NCBI GenBank assembly: GCA_963677105.1
Contig: OY781871.1
Coordinates: 30,001-62,000, forward strand
Direction: 5' to 3'
Source of the DNA: Candidatus Saccharimonadota bacterium
Lineage (GTDB): Bacteria; Patescibacteriota; Gracilibacteria; UBA4473
Length of the DNA stretch: 32,000 bases
This document shows, piece by piece, positions 1-7,991 of the stretch. Below the pieces are notes generated by a model that did no database searches, was not told the DNA's origin, and saw only the letters and a list, made by a program, of their open reading frames with translations. The position numbers and the translations under genes were made by a program. Positions within the stretch are counted from its first letter, which is position 1. The number at the start of each line of letters is the position of its first letter.

Positions 1-416
1 CAATGCAAACACTTTCATTGGAAGTATCAACAAAAAACGTAATGTCCGTTCGAATTCCAGTATTTTCTCTAAAAACGAAAAAACAAGGAATTGGATATGG
101 ATTCTTTCAAACTCGTGCAGAACTCGATATTGCTATTCAAAAATTTTCACATGTATTTGAAACATTAATTCAACTTGCTGAAATTGAAAAATCAGCGGAG
201 AATCTTTCTGTTGAGATCGAGCAAACACGTCGTCGTGTAAATGCTCTGGAATATCGACTAATTCCCGACCTCGAGGATACATTAAAATTCATTCGAATGA
301 AATTGGGGGAAGCGGAACGTTCTGTGATTGTTCAAACTATGGCAATTAAAGCTATGATTGAACGAAACGAAGCGCGTCAGCGTCGAGAAAAACTAGAAAA
401 TCTAGCAAATAAATAA
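1..416 (+). CDS. ntpD: V/A-type ATP synthase subunit D, C-terminal part (5' end cut by window edge; in frame with ATG at 3)
   Basis: Translation carries the characteristic C-terminal helix of V/A-ATPase D subunits (EIEQTRRRVNALEYRLIPDLEDTLKFIRMKLGEAERS). TAA at 414-416. At 137 aa it is shorter than a typical D subunit, so the start probably lies upstream of the window. Confidence 0.8.
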   Translation, partial: MQTLSLEVSTKNVMSVRIPVFSLKTKKQGIGYGFFQTRAELDIAIQKFSHVFETLIQLAEIEKSAENLSVEIEQTRRRVNALEYRLIPDLEDTLKFIRMKLGEAERSVIVQTMAIKAMIERNEARQRREKLENLANK

Positions 417-424
417 CTACTATA

Positions 425-1582
425 ATGAAAAAAATCATTTTCGGCTTCGGAATTCTTTTTATGATTACGGGTGTTGAAGCTGCAATTCCTAGTGTTGTAG
501 ATTTTCCTTTTGAAAAAGAAATACAACTCCCCTCTCTTTCTTCTCGAAAAGAAGTTCAAGTACAATTAGATAAAGAAGTTTTACAAGCGGTAAATAAACG
601 ATTCGGAAATTTTTCAATATTTGATAAACAAAATACTCCAATTGAATACAGCGTGTTTTTTCAAGATTTTCATCGGATAAAAAATATTGATGTTCTTCAA
701 ACTTCTTCAATGAAGGGAGAATTTCCTAAAGAAACAATCGCTGATAATGATGTATTAACTACTTTTACATTTGATGAAAGAACTGATGGTAGAAATGATT
801 CATGGGTCTTACTTGATCTTGGAAAAGAAACGCCGCTTACTCGATTAGAAGTATTCTTTTCTGATCGAGCAAATGTTCGTTCAATTGCTGTTGAAGGAGG
901 TTCCACACAAGAAGAATTAAAAACACTTATTGCGAAACGCCCCATGCAACAACGTATCGAATTAAACACTGAACCAATTCGGTATATAAAAATTTCTTTT
1001 TGGGGAGTTCAAGTAAAAATAGATGATATTCGTGTTACAGCTGGACAAAGTGGTGCTGTGTACTTCTCTACTCTTCCTGGCAAAAAACTTCGTATGTTGT
1101 ACGGAGGAAATGAAGTTGATCGCATTACATATACAGAACGTATTTCTAGCGAAAAAAACTCATTACTAATGGCTTATACTGGAAAACAAAAATTTAATTC
1201 TCAATTCCCTTCTGACACAGATGGAGATCGTGTAGAAATCCAAGAAGACAATTGTCCATTTATTTCAAATTCATCTCAAAAAGATAATGATGGTGATCGT
1301 ATTGGAAATGAATGTGATAACGCACCAGACGTAATGAATTCTCGTCAAGAAGATATCGACAGAGATGGTGTTGGAGATATAATCGACAACTGTAAACTTG
1401 TTGCAAATCCATTTCAATTAGATCGAGATAATGATGGATGGGGAGATGAATGTGATAATGCTCACGCAAACGAATCTGGAATGCCTTCAAGTAGCTATAT
1501 TATTAAACTTGTAAGCGCTATTGTAGCATTTTTACTCCTTCTTACTGGATTGCGAATCACATACGTTAAAGCAAAGAAATAA
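425..1582 (+). CDS. Secreted/anchored surface protein: discoidin-like (galactose-binding-like) beta-sandwich + thrombospondin type-3 Ca-binding repeats + C-terminal TM anchor
   Basis: Signal-peptide-like N-terminus (MKKIIFGFGILFMITGVEA). Central region has discoidin-like strings (SWVLLDLGKETPLTRLEVFF, IRYIKISFWG). Four DxDxDGxxDxxDNC-type repeats. C-terminal hydrophobic helix (IIKLVSAIVAFLLLLTGL) followed by the basic tail VKAKK. Confidence 0.7.
   Translation: MKKIIFGFGILFMITGVEAAIPSVVDFPFEKEIQLPSLSSRKEVQVQLDKEVLQAVNKRFGNFSIFDKQNTPIEYSVFFQDFHRIKNIDVLQTSSMKGEFPKETIADNDVLTTFTFDERTDGRNDSWVLLDLGKETPLTRLEVFFSDRANVRSIAVEGGSTQEELKTLIAKRPMQQRIELNTEPIRYIKISFWGVQVKIDDIRVTAGQSGAVYFSTLPGKKLRMLYGGNEVDRITYTERISSEKNSLLMAYTGKQKFNSQFPSDTDGDRVEIQEDNCPFISNSSQKDNDGDRIGNECDNAPDVMNSRQEDIDRDGVGDIIDNCKLVANPFQLDRDNDGWGDECDNAHANESGMPSSSYIIKLVSAIVAFLLLLTGLRITYVKAKK
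1214..1459 (+). repeat. Thrombospondin type-3-like calcium-binding repeats (protein-level tandem repeats inside CDS 425..1582)
   Basis: DTDGDRVEIQEDNC / DNDGDRIGNECDN / DIDRDGVGDIIDNC / DRDNDGWGDECDN, with Asp-rich loops and regularly spaced Cys. Confidence 0.75.
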
Positions 1583-1613
1583 ACAACTTGCTTCTATTGG
1601 CAAGTAATAAAGA

Positions 1614-1642
1614 TTGAATATCACGCCTGTTTAAGGTATAAT
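1614..1642 (+). promoter_or_regulatory. Sigma70-type promoter candidate for clpP
   Basis: TTGAAT (1614-1619), 17 nt spacer, TATAAT (1637-1642), about 31 nt upstream of the clpP ATG. Confidence 0.5.
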
Positions 1643-1673
1643 TCCGTAAGTTTTTTATAAAATACAAACAAAA

Positions 1674-2267
1674 ATGAGTTACCTCGTTCCAACAGTTATC
1701 GAAAAGTCATCGGAAGGTGAACGCGCATTTGATATTTATTCTCGTTTACTCAAAGATCGTATTATCTTTATTGGAACACAAATTGATGACACAATTGCGA
1801 ATCTCGTAATTGCTCAATTGTTATTTCTTGAATCAGAAGATCCGAATAAAGATATTACCATTTACGTAAACTCTCCAGGTGGATCTGTCTCAGCAGGATT
1901 AGCAATCATCGACACTATGAATTTTGTAAAACCAGATGTTTCAACTATGTGTACTGGAATGGCAGCTTCTATGGGAGCAATGATTCTTATGAGTGGAGCA
2001 AAAGGAAAACGGTTTATCCTTCCCCACTCTGAAGTTATGATTCACCAACCATTAGGTGGTGCGCAAGGACAAGCTTCTGATATTGCAATTCATGCAGAAC
2101 ACATTATTCAGACGAAAGAAATTCTCTACAAAATAATTCAAAAATGTACCGGACAAAGTTACGAAAAAGTCGTAAAAGATTGTGATAGAGATAATTATAT
2201 TTTAGCAGAAGATGCTGTAAAATACGGAGAATTCGGACTTGTAGATAAGATTGTTGAGAAACGATAG
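1674..2267 (+). CDS. clpP: ATP-dependent Clp protease proteolytic subunit
   Basis: Full-length ClpP-like sequence with catalytic Ser context GMAASMG, His context MIHQP and Asp context DRD. The N-terminus [20 protein letters not shown] is typical of ClpP. Confidence 0.95.
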   Translation: MSYLVPTVIEKSSEGERAFDIYSRLLKDRIIFIGTQIDDTIANLVIAQLLFLESEDPNKDITIYVNSPGGSVSAGLAIIDTMNFVKPDVSTMCTGMAASMGAMILMSGAKGKRFILPHSEVMIHQPLGGAQGQASDIAIHAEHIIQTKEILYKIIQKCTGQSYEKVVKDCDRDNYILAEDAVKYGEFGLVDKIVEKR

Positions 2268-2365
2268 TACTATCAAATTACAAATAACAAAAATAAAAGC
2301 ACAAATAAACTTGTGAAATACAGATCTTCCTACTAGTGTTTAAAATATCTTGAACTAATAAATCC

Positions 2366-2920
2366 ATGAAAAAAAGCATATTTATCTCATTTATCCTGGG
2401 AATGATAGTAACTGTTTCTCTTTTAATGATACTTAAAATAGACTTTTCTGATAATTACCAGTATTTCAATGAAGAAATAGAAACATTAAATAAGCAAATA
2501 TATATTTTAGAAAATACGCCCATTGCCCTTCCCGCAAACACGTATCCAGCAGGACTTTATAATTTAAAATACACAGAGGACGAAGACATTTTTAATGTGT
2601 ACGGAAAACGTGCTTATGAAACACTTGAAAATAGTCAGGAACTTCTGGATTCAATTTTAAAGATTTATCCTAAATTCACGAAGGAAAGTGTTCAAACTGC
2701 TCTTCCTTCAAAAATTGTCGAAATAGAAAAGGATAACAGGAAATTCTTGATACTTAATGGATGTACTCCTCACGATTGTGGAGGAAGTAAAAACATCATA
2801 GCATTTAACCTCGCAAATAATATTTCTTATTTATTAAGAGAAAATCATCAAGGCGAAATACAGTTGTATGGAAAACCAGATGCTTTAGTTATTAAGATGT
2901 TGCTAAAGGAATACAACTAA
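2366..2920 (+). CDS. Membrane-anchored Ivy-family (inhibitor of vertebrate lysozyme)-like protein
   Basis: N-terminal hydrophobic anchor or signal (IFISFILGMIVTVSLLMIL). The motif LILNGCTPHDCGGSKNIIAF (Cys133-Cys138, nt 2762-2779) closely parallels the Ivy active loop of E. coli Ivy, as I recall it (SACKPHDCGSQRIAV). Confidence 0.5.
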   Translation: MKKSIFISFILGMIVTVSLLMILKIDFSDNYQYFNEEIETLNKQIYILENTPIALPANTYPAGLYNLKYTEDEDIFNVYGKRAYETLENSQELLDSILKIYPKFTKESVQTALPSKIVEIEKDNRKFLILNGCTPHDCGGSKNIIAFNLANNISYLLRENHQGEIQLYGKPDALVIKMLLKEYN

Positions 2921-2963
2921 AAATAAAAAGATTTTTTCTTTGTTTTATGGTTTAATATTGCTG

Positions 2964-3404
2964 ATGAAAATTTATATTGGATCGGATCACGGCGGATGGG
3001 AATTAAAACAAAAAGTCTTAACATATTTACAGGAACAATTTCCTAATTTTGAAACAATAGATCTCGGTTGTAACTCAAATGAGAGTTGTGATTATCCACA
3101 ATTTGGTGCGGCGGTTGCAACAGAAGTCGTAAAAGATGTAAGTTCAAGAGGAATCGTAATTTGTGGTTCTGGCGTAGGAATTGGAATTGCAGCAAATAAA
3201 GTAAGAAATGCACGTTGTGTAACAGCAAATAGTGTCGAACTTGCAACGCTTGGTCGCCAACATAATGGAGCTCAAATTCTTTCTATGGGAGCAAGAACTC
3301 AGTTTATAAATCCATGGAAAGACATTGTAAAAGCTTTTCTTACCACAGAAATGGATATGGCTGAACGTCATGAAAAAAGAAGAGCACAACTTGGAGCGCT
3401 CTAA
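2964..3404 (+). CDS. rpiB: Ribose-5-phosphate isomerase B (RpiB/LacAB family)
   Basis: MKIYIGSDHGG..., CGSGVGIGIAANK and the C-terminal ERHxxR motif. I prefer the ATG at 2964 to the TTG at 2940 used by the ORF track, because the family N-terminus starts at MKIYIGSDH. Confidence 0.9.
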   Translation: MKIYIGSDHGGWELKQKVLTYLQEQFPNFETIDLGCNSNESCDYPQFGAAVATEVVKDVSSRGIVICGSGVGIGIAANKVRNARCVTANSVELATLGRQHNGAQILSMGARTQFINPWKDIVKAFLTTEMDMAERHEKRRAQLGAL

Positions 3405-3509
3405 AATACGCAACTTTCAAAATATTTTTTAGTTTTTCTGAAGTTTTAATTTCGCTTGCAACAAGTTAAATTCCGCGTAAACTACTGCTGTTTTCTCCCA
3501 CTACAACGC

Positions 3510-5021
3510 ATGTGCGGAATTATTGGTATCGTGAAGCCTAAGGACAACGTAGTTCTTGATTTGTACGACGGCTTATTAATGTTACAGCATCGAGGTCAAG
3601 ATTCCTCAGGAATGGTGACCTTTAATGGTAAAAACTTTCGTGATCAACGAGGGTTCGGACTTGTAAAAGACGCTTTTAATCAAAAAAGAATCTTAAAACT
3701 TGTTGGACGTTTTGGATTAGGACATTGTCGTTATACGACTTGCGGAAATTCAGATGCGTTAGATGAAGCTCAACCATTTTTCGTAAATGCTCCTCTTGGA
3801 ATTTTCTTAATTCATAACGGAAATTTAACAAACACAGCAGAATTGCAAAAAAAAGTTCAAGAAAAATATCGTCGACATTTACGAACTGGATCTGATACTG
3901 AAGTTATGTTAAATGTTTTTGCAGACAAAATTCATCAAGAAATGAAAAATGATCCCGATGTAGATAATAAAAAAGCTCTTTTTAATGCTACAACGGCACT
4001 CATGAAAGATATAACAGGAGCATATTCTGTTCTCACTATTATTGATGGAGCTGGAATGTTCGCTTTCCGAGATCCATATGGAATTCGACCACTTGTTCTA
4101 GGAAAGAAAGAAACAACAAAAGGAGTTGAATGGATATTCGCTTCCGAAGATGTAGCTATTAAAACATTAGGATTTGAAGTTATTCGTGATGTTAAGCCAG
4201 GAGAAGCTATTCTTATTGATTATGAAGGAGAAATGCATTCGAAACAGTGTGTTCCTGGAAAACTTTATCCATGTATTTTTGAGTACGTGTATTTGGCTCG
4301 TCCAGATACAATGATTAACAAAATATCAGTATATAAAACACGTTTACGTTTAGGATCATATTTGGCTAAACAAATAAAACCTCGTTTAAAAGAGCTCGAT
4401 ATTGATTCTATCATTCCAGTTCCTGATTCTGGACGTCCACTCGCATTACAAATATCTCAGGACTTGGGAATAAAATATCGTGAAGGATTGGTGAAAAATA
4501 GATATATTGGTCGGACGTTTATCATGCCTGGACAAGAAGAACGACAAAAATCAATTCGTCAAAAACTTAATCCTATTGAATTAGAATTTAGACGTAGAAA
4601 CATATTACTTGTTGATGACTCTATTGTTCGAGGAAATACTATAAAAAGAATTATTGAAATGTGCCGAAATGCTGGTGCAAAAAAAATATATGTAGCGTCT
4701 GGAGCGCCACCAGTTATAAATCCTGATGTATACGGAGTTGATATTCCTACACGGGCAGAACTCGTTGCAAACAATATTTCGAATGAAGAAGTGCGAAAAG
4801 TAATTGGTGCAGACGCATTATTTTATCAAACAGTCCCTGACCTTATTGAAGCAGCACGTATAGGAAATCCTGAAGTTGATGGATTTCATACTGGAGTATT
4901 TGACGGTAACTACCCCACTCCAGAAGTAAATGAAGAATTATTAAAACAAGTAGAATTTTCTGGTCGTGGCGCACAACAAAACAATAAAATATCTTTCCCT
5001 CAAATTTCATCTTTAATGTAA
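3510..5021 (+). CDS. purF: Amidophosphoribosyltransferase (glutamine PRPP amidotransferase)
   Basis: Met-Cys N-terminus of an Ntn amidotransferase (MCGIIGIV) at the ATG at 3510. PRPP-binding loop NILLVDDSIVRGNT. The ORF-track start at 3456 is a TTG extension. Confidence 0.93.
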   Translation: MCGIIGIVKPKDNVVLDLYDGLLMLQHRGQDSSGMVTFNGKNFRDQRGFGLVKDAFNQKRILKLVGRFGLGHCRYTTCGNSDALDEAQPFFVNAPLGIFLIHNGNLTNTAELQKKVQEKYRRHLRTGSDTEVMLNVFADKIHQEMKNDPDVDNKKALFNATTALMKDITGAYSVLTIIDGAGMFAFRDPYGIRPLVLGKKETTKGVEWIFASEDVAIKTLGFEVIRDVKPGEAILIDYEGEMHSKQCVPGKLYPCIFEYVYLARPDTMINKISVYKTRLRLGSYLAKQIKPRLKELDIDSIIPVPDSGRPLALQISQDLGIKYREGLVKNRYIGRTFIMPGQEERQKSIRQKLNPIELEFRRRNILLVDDSIVRGNTIKRIIEMCRNAGAKKIYVASGAPPVINPDVYGVDIPTRAELVANNISNEEVRKVIGADALFYQTVPDLIEAARIGNPEVDGFHTGVFDGNYPTPEVNEELLKQVEFSGRGAQQNNKISFPQISSLM

Positions 5022-5908
5022 TGACTCCTTTAGATTTTTTGTCCCCGATTACTCGACGCCCCTTACAATGGTTTTGTGTATTTTTCAGTACTATTGTCAT
5101 CTTAATTGGTTTAAGTTTTCTACTTCCACCTGTACAAAAACATACTATTTTCTTTACGGTAAAACCGGTTGCTGCTGCAGAAAAAAGTTTTTTAAACGAT
5201 GGAGTTGAATCAGCTGAAAAAATAGCTGAAATGATTGCTGGATGGGCAAAATCACCAGGTTTTCAACAAACTATAATTAAGATTTCTGGTGAAAAGGTAT
5301 CTGGATTGAAACGAAAAATGGCGGCACGAAAACAGAATCGTTTGAATGTATTTTGGACATTAAAACTTTCTGGAAAAGATATTTTGAAAGCTGAAAAACT
5401 CATTTCAGCAATTCAAGAAAATTTAACTAAAAAATTCGAAGAGATTAATAAAGACTCAGTTATTCCGATAAAAATAACAACTCCTCATGTGGCAACTGAA
5501 CCATTAAAAATTCCTTTTTCTTGGATTATTTTGTTTTCAATTATTATGGGATTTGGAATGGCAACTATTATTGCTTATTTTCGCGAATCACTTTCTGGAC
5601 GAATTTCTTTTGTAGAACAAATAACTAATATTTTTCCTGAATCTGCGATTCTTCGTGTAAATACAAAAGTAGGAAAACACGATCTTCGGCAAATCAATGA
5701 TTTCACTGAAACGTTTGAATCTCCTCGCCTGGTGAGTACCTTTCCCGTTGCTGGGAAATATTTTGAAATTGCTGCAATTAAGACTTGTACCTCAGAAGAA
5801 AGTACTCCCATTTTATTAGTAAATCTTGGAGAAACGCGTCTTCGAGAATTACAAAACTTAAAGGCGATTTTTGGTGACGGACTTGGTATTATTGTTTTTG
5901 AAAAATGA
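5021..5908 (+). CDS. Two-TM membrane protein with polysaccharide co-polymerase (Wzz/PCP)-like topology and a short cytoplasmic tail domain
   Basis: TM1 (WFCVFFSTIVILIGLSFLL) is followed by PPVQKHTIFFTVKPV. An outside segment of about 125 aa follows, then TM2 (FSWIILFSIIMGFGMATIIAYF) followed by RESLSGRI, as in PCP proteins. The start overlaps the purF stop by 1 nt (TAATG), and the stop overlaps the purM start (ATGA). Confidence 0.4.
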   Translation: MTPLDFLSPITRRPLQWFCVFFSTIVILIGLSFLLPPVQKHTIFFTVKPVAAAEKSFLNDGVESAEKIAEMIAGWAKSPGFQQTIIKISGEKVSGLKRKMAARKQNRLNVFWTLKLSGKDILKAEKLISAIQENLTKKFEEINKDSVIPIKITTPHVATEPLKIPFSWIILFSIIMGFGMATIIAYFRESLSGRISFVEQITNIFPESAILRVNTKVGKHDLRQINDFTETFESPRLVSTFPVAGKYFEIAAIKTCTSEESTPILLVNLGETRLRELQNLKAIFGDGLGIIVFEK

Positions 5909-6990
5909 AGAACGAAAAACTTACATATGCAGCGGCTGGAGTAAATATTTCTGCTGGAGAAAAAGCAAGTAAGGCGGCATACACAAATGCAAAAACAACT
6001 TTTTCTTCTCGAAAAGGAATGATTGGTGAACCACTTCAATTAGATGGTGGATTTGCAGGAGCACTAGATTTTGGAGATTTTTTATTGATTCAAAATGATG
6101 ACGGAACTGGAACAAAATCTGAAATAGCTGAACGTTGTAAAAAATATGACACACTCGGAGAAGACTTACTTGCAATGGTTGCCGATGACGCAATTTGTGT
6201 AGGAGCCGAATGTATTTCTATAACAAATACGTTTGATGTTCCTTTTGTTAATGCCGAAGCCATTAATGGACTTACTGCAAGCTTAGCAAAGGCTTGTTGT
6301 GAGCAAAAAATAGTTATTCCTGGTGGAGAAATCGCAGAAGTTCCGGGTGCTTGTACGCGAATGGTTTGGAATGCTACTGCCGTAGGAATTGTGAAAAAAA
6401 ATAAATTTTTGACGGGAAAAAATATACAAGCAGGACAAGCTATAATTGGACTTTCTGGAAGAGTCCTACGATCAAATGGAATTTCTCTTGCTCGAAAAAT
6501 TTGCGAAAAAAACTTTGGAGAAAATTGGCATAATGTTGAATGGAAAGACGGAGTGTCTTGGGGAGAAATTCTTTTAACTCCTAGTAAAATATTTCATCGA
6601 TCTGTATTAAATGCCGTTTTAGGAGGATTCAATGAGAAACAAAAATTCAATATATCTGGAATAGTTCATATTACTGGAGGAGGAATTCCAGGAAATCTTC
6701 CACGAATTCTTCCAGATGGAATTGGGGCAAAGTTCAATAACCTTCATGTACCACATGAAGCACTTTCTGAATTAAAGAAATTAGGAAATGTGGATGACAC
6801 AGAAGCGTATAAAACTTGGAATTCCGGAACAGCAATGATGATTATCTGCGAACAAGAAGATGTTGTAAAAATTTGTAATGCACTAAACTTAGAAGACAAA
6901 GAATTGCAAGCAAAAAAAGTTGGCGATCTAACAGACTCAGGTAAAATTGAATTGCTTTCGAAATATTCGGAAGTTACCCTCACTTTTTAA
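5905..6990 (+). CDS. purM: Phosphoribosylformylglycinamidine cyclo-ligase (AIR synthetase)
   Basis: N-terminus LTYAAAGVNISAGEKA, DGTGTK motif, and length and order of motifs typical of PurM. Confidence 0.9.
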   Translation: MKNEKLTYAAAGVNISAGEKASKAAYTNAKTTFSSRKGMIGEPLQLDGGFAGALDFGDFLLIQNDDGTGTKSEIAERCKKYDTLGEDLLAMVADDAICVGAECISITNTFDVPFVNAEAINGLTASLAKACCEQKIVIPGGEIAEVPGACTRMVWNATAVGIVKKNKFLTGKNIQAGQAIIGLSGRVLRSNGISLARKICEKNFGENWHNVEWKDGVSWGEILLTPSKIFHRSVLNAVLGGFNEKQKFNISGIVHITGGGIPGNLPRILPDGIGAKFNNLHVPHEALSELKKLGNVDDTEAYKTWNSGTAMMIICEQEDVVKICNALNLEDKELQAKKVGDLTDSGKIELLSKYSEVTLTF

Positions 6991-7000
6991 CCATTTGGAA

Positions 7001-7327
7001 ATGATTTTTCAGTTTCAGGCCGGTGACGTTACCCTTTTTGACGAAGATAAAGCGTATTTTGAAAAACGTTTTGAACCACTAAAAAAATATATGGGAAACG
7101 TAACAGAAAAAGAAAGTACGAATACTATCACCGCAACGATTAAGTTAAGAAAGACAAAACACACGTCTGGAGATCGATTTGAGGCAACAGGAAGCATTAC
7201 TTGTAAAAACCTAGGAACACTTCGTGCTGAAGTTGATGCTGATAATATAAAAAAATTAGCTGATCTCCTACATGATAACCTTAAAACTCAAATACGACGT
7301 TCTCGAGAAAAATCAATAGAGCGATAA
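7001..7327 (+). CDS. hpf: Ribosome hibernation/ribosome-associated inhibitor protein, short form (HPF/RaiA family)
   Basis: The pattern MIFQFQAGDVTLFDEDKAYFEKRFEPLKKY...ATIKL...FEATGSI...GTLRAE..ADNIKKLADLLHDNLKTQIRRSREK matches the beta-alpha-beta-beta-beta-alpha HPF pattern. ATG at 7001; the upstream ORF-track extension overlaps purM. Confidence 0.7.
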   Translation: MIFQFQAGDVTLFDEDKAYFEKRFEPLKKYMGNVTEKESTNTITATIKLRKTKHTSGDRFEATGSITCKNLGTLRAEVDADNIKKLADLLHDNLKTQIRRSREKSIER

Positions 7328-7349
7328 ATATATTTAACAATAAAAAGAT

Positions 7350-7375
7350 GGCCGGGATTTCTCCCGGCCTTTTTT
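7350..7375. terminator. Rho-independent terminator between convergent genes
   Basis: GGCCGGGA (7350-7357), loop TTTC, TCCCGGCC (7362-7369), then a T run. An 8-bp GC stem stands out in this AT-rich DNA, and an A-rich stretch lies on the 5' side. Confidence 0.8.
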
Positions 7376-7395
7376 ATATGTGTGTGTATTTGTCA

Positions 7396-7908
7396 TTAAT
7401 AAGTTTCTCGTCGTGAAATCAGAGCATAACCAAAGATTAAAATCAATGCTAATAAAGCAAAGATTACCGATCCTGGTCCTGAATCAACTAATTCACAATG
7501 AAATGGAACAACTAAATTTTGTTCATTGAATATGACTTCTAACGTCCCCCCTCCTTCACACGTTTCATTTGCTCGTACGAAAAATGAGAATACTTGTCCA
7601 TCACAGGTAAGACAAAATTCTTCAGGAAAAGTAATAATTGATTCATTTAATATTCCTCCACCAGAATTCACCATTGTTGTATTCGAAAGAAGATTTTCTA
7701 AATTTATTGCTGTTGCCATTGATTCATCTACAAGTTCTTCTCCTTTGATCTCTACTTCATAACGCAACACATCTCCAGCGCGAACACCAACTCGTGTTGC
7801 ATCTGCATTATCTTGTGAAACATTCACTACATTAAAATTAACCTCAGCCAATACAGGAAATGAAAATAAGAGGGTAAATAAGCCGAAAGCAAGAACAATT
7901 TTTTTCAT
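7396..7908 (-). CDS. Small secreted surface protein with C-terminal TM anchor (DUF11/CARDB-like beta domain?)
   Basis: Signal peptide MKKIVLAFGLFTLLFSFPVLA. The segment VGVRAGDVLRYEVEIKGE resembles Ig-like 'conserved repeat' domains. C-terminus is SGPGSVIFALLALILIFGYALISRRETY (motif, TM helix, basic tail). I prefer the ATG at 7908; the ORF-track start at 7917 is TTG. Confidence 0.55.
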   Translation of the reverse strand: MKKIVLAFGLFTLLFSFPVLAEVNFNVVNVSQDNADATRVGVRAGDVLRYEVEIKGEELVDESMATAINLENLLSNTTMVNSGGGILNESIITFPEEFCLTCDGQVFSFFVRANETCEGGGTLEVIFNEQNLVVPFHCELVDSGPGSVIFALLALILIFGYALISRRETY

Positions 7909-7991
7909 CGCGAACAAAAAATCTGTTCTCAGTTTCCTTGTGAATCAATTATTCGTCAATCATTTCTTCTTGTCATGAGAGTCGAAATATT

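Noticed and set aside
3405-3509. Possible purine riboswitch or other leader upstream of purF
   Set aside because: The region is short, AT-rich and lacks the conserved purine-riboswitch core or any convincing multi-stem structure. Only a possible promoter is visible (TTGCAA, 16 nt, TAAACT).
5575-6039. 154-aa minus-strand ORF spanning the junction between the 5021-5908 gene and purM
   Set aside because: It is antisense to two tightly coupled plus-strand genes, one of which (purM) is clearly conserved. Its translation is Cys/Ser/Phe/Arg-rich with no motifs.
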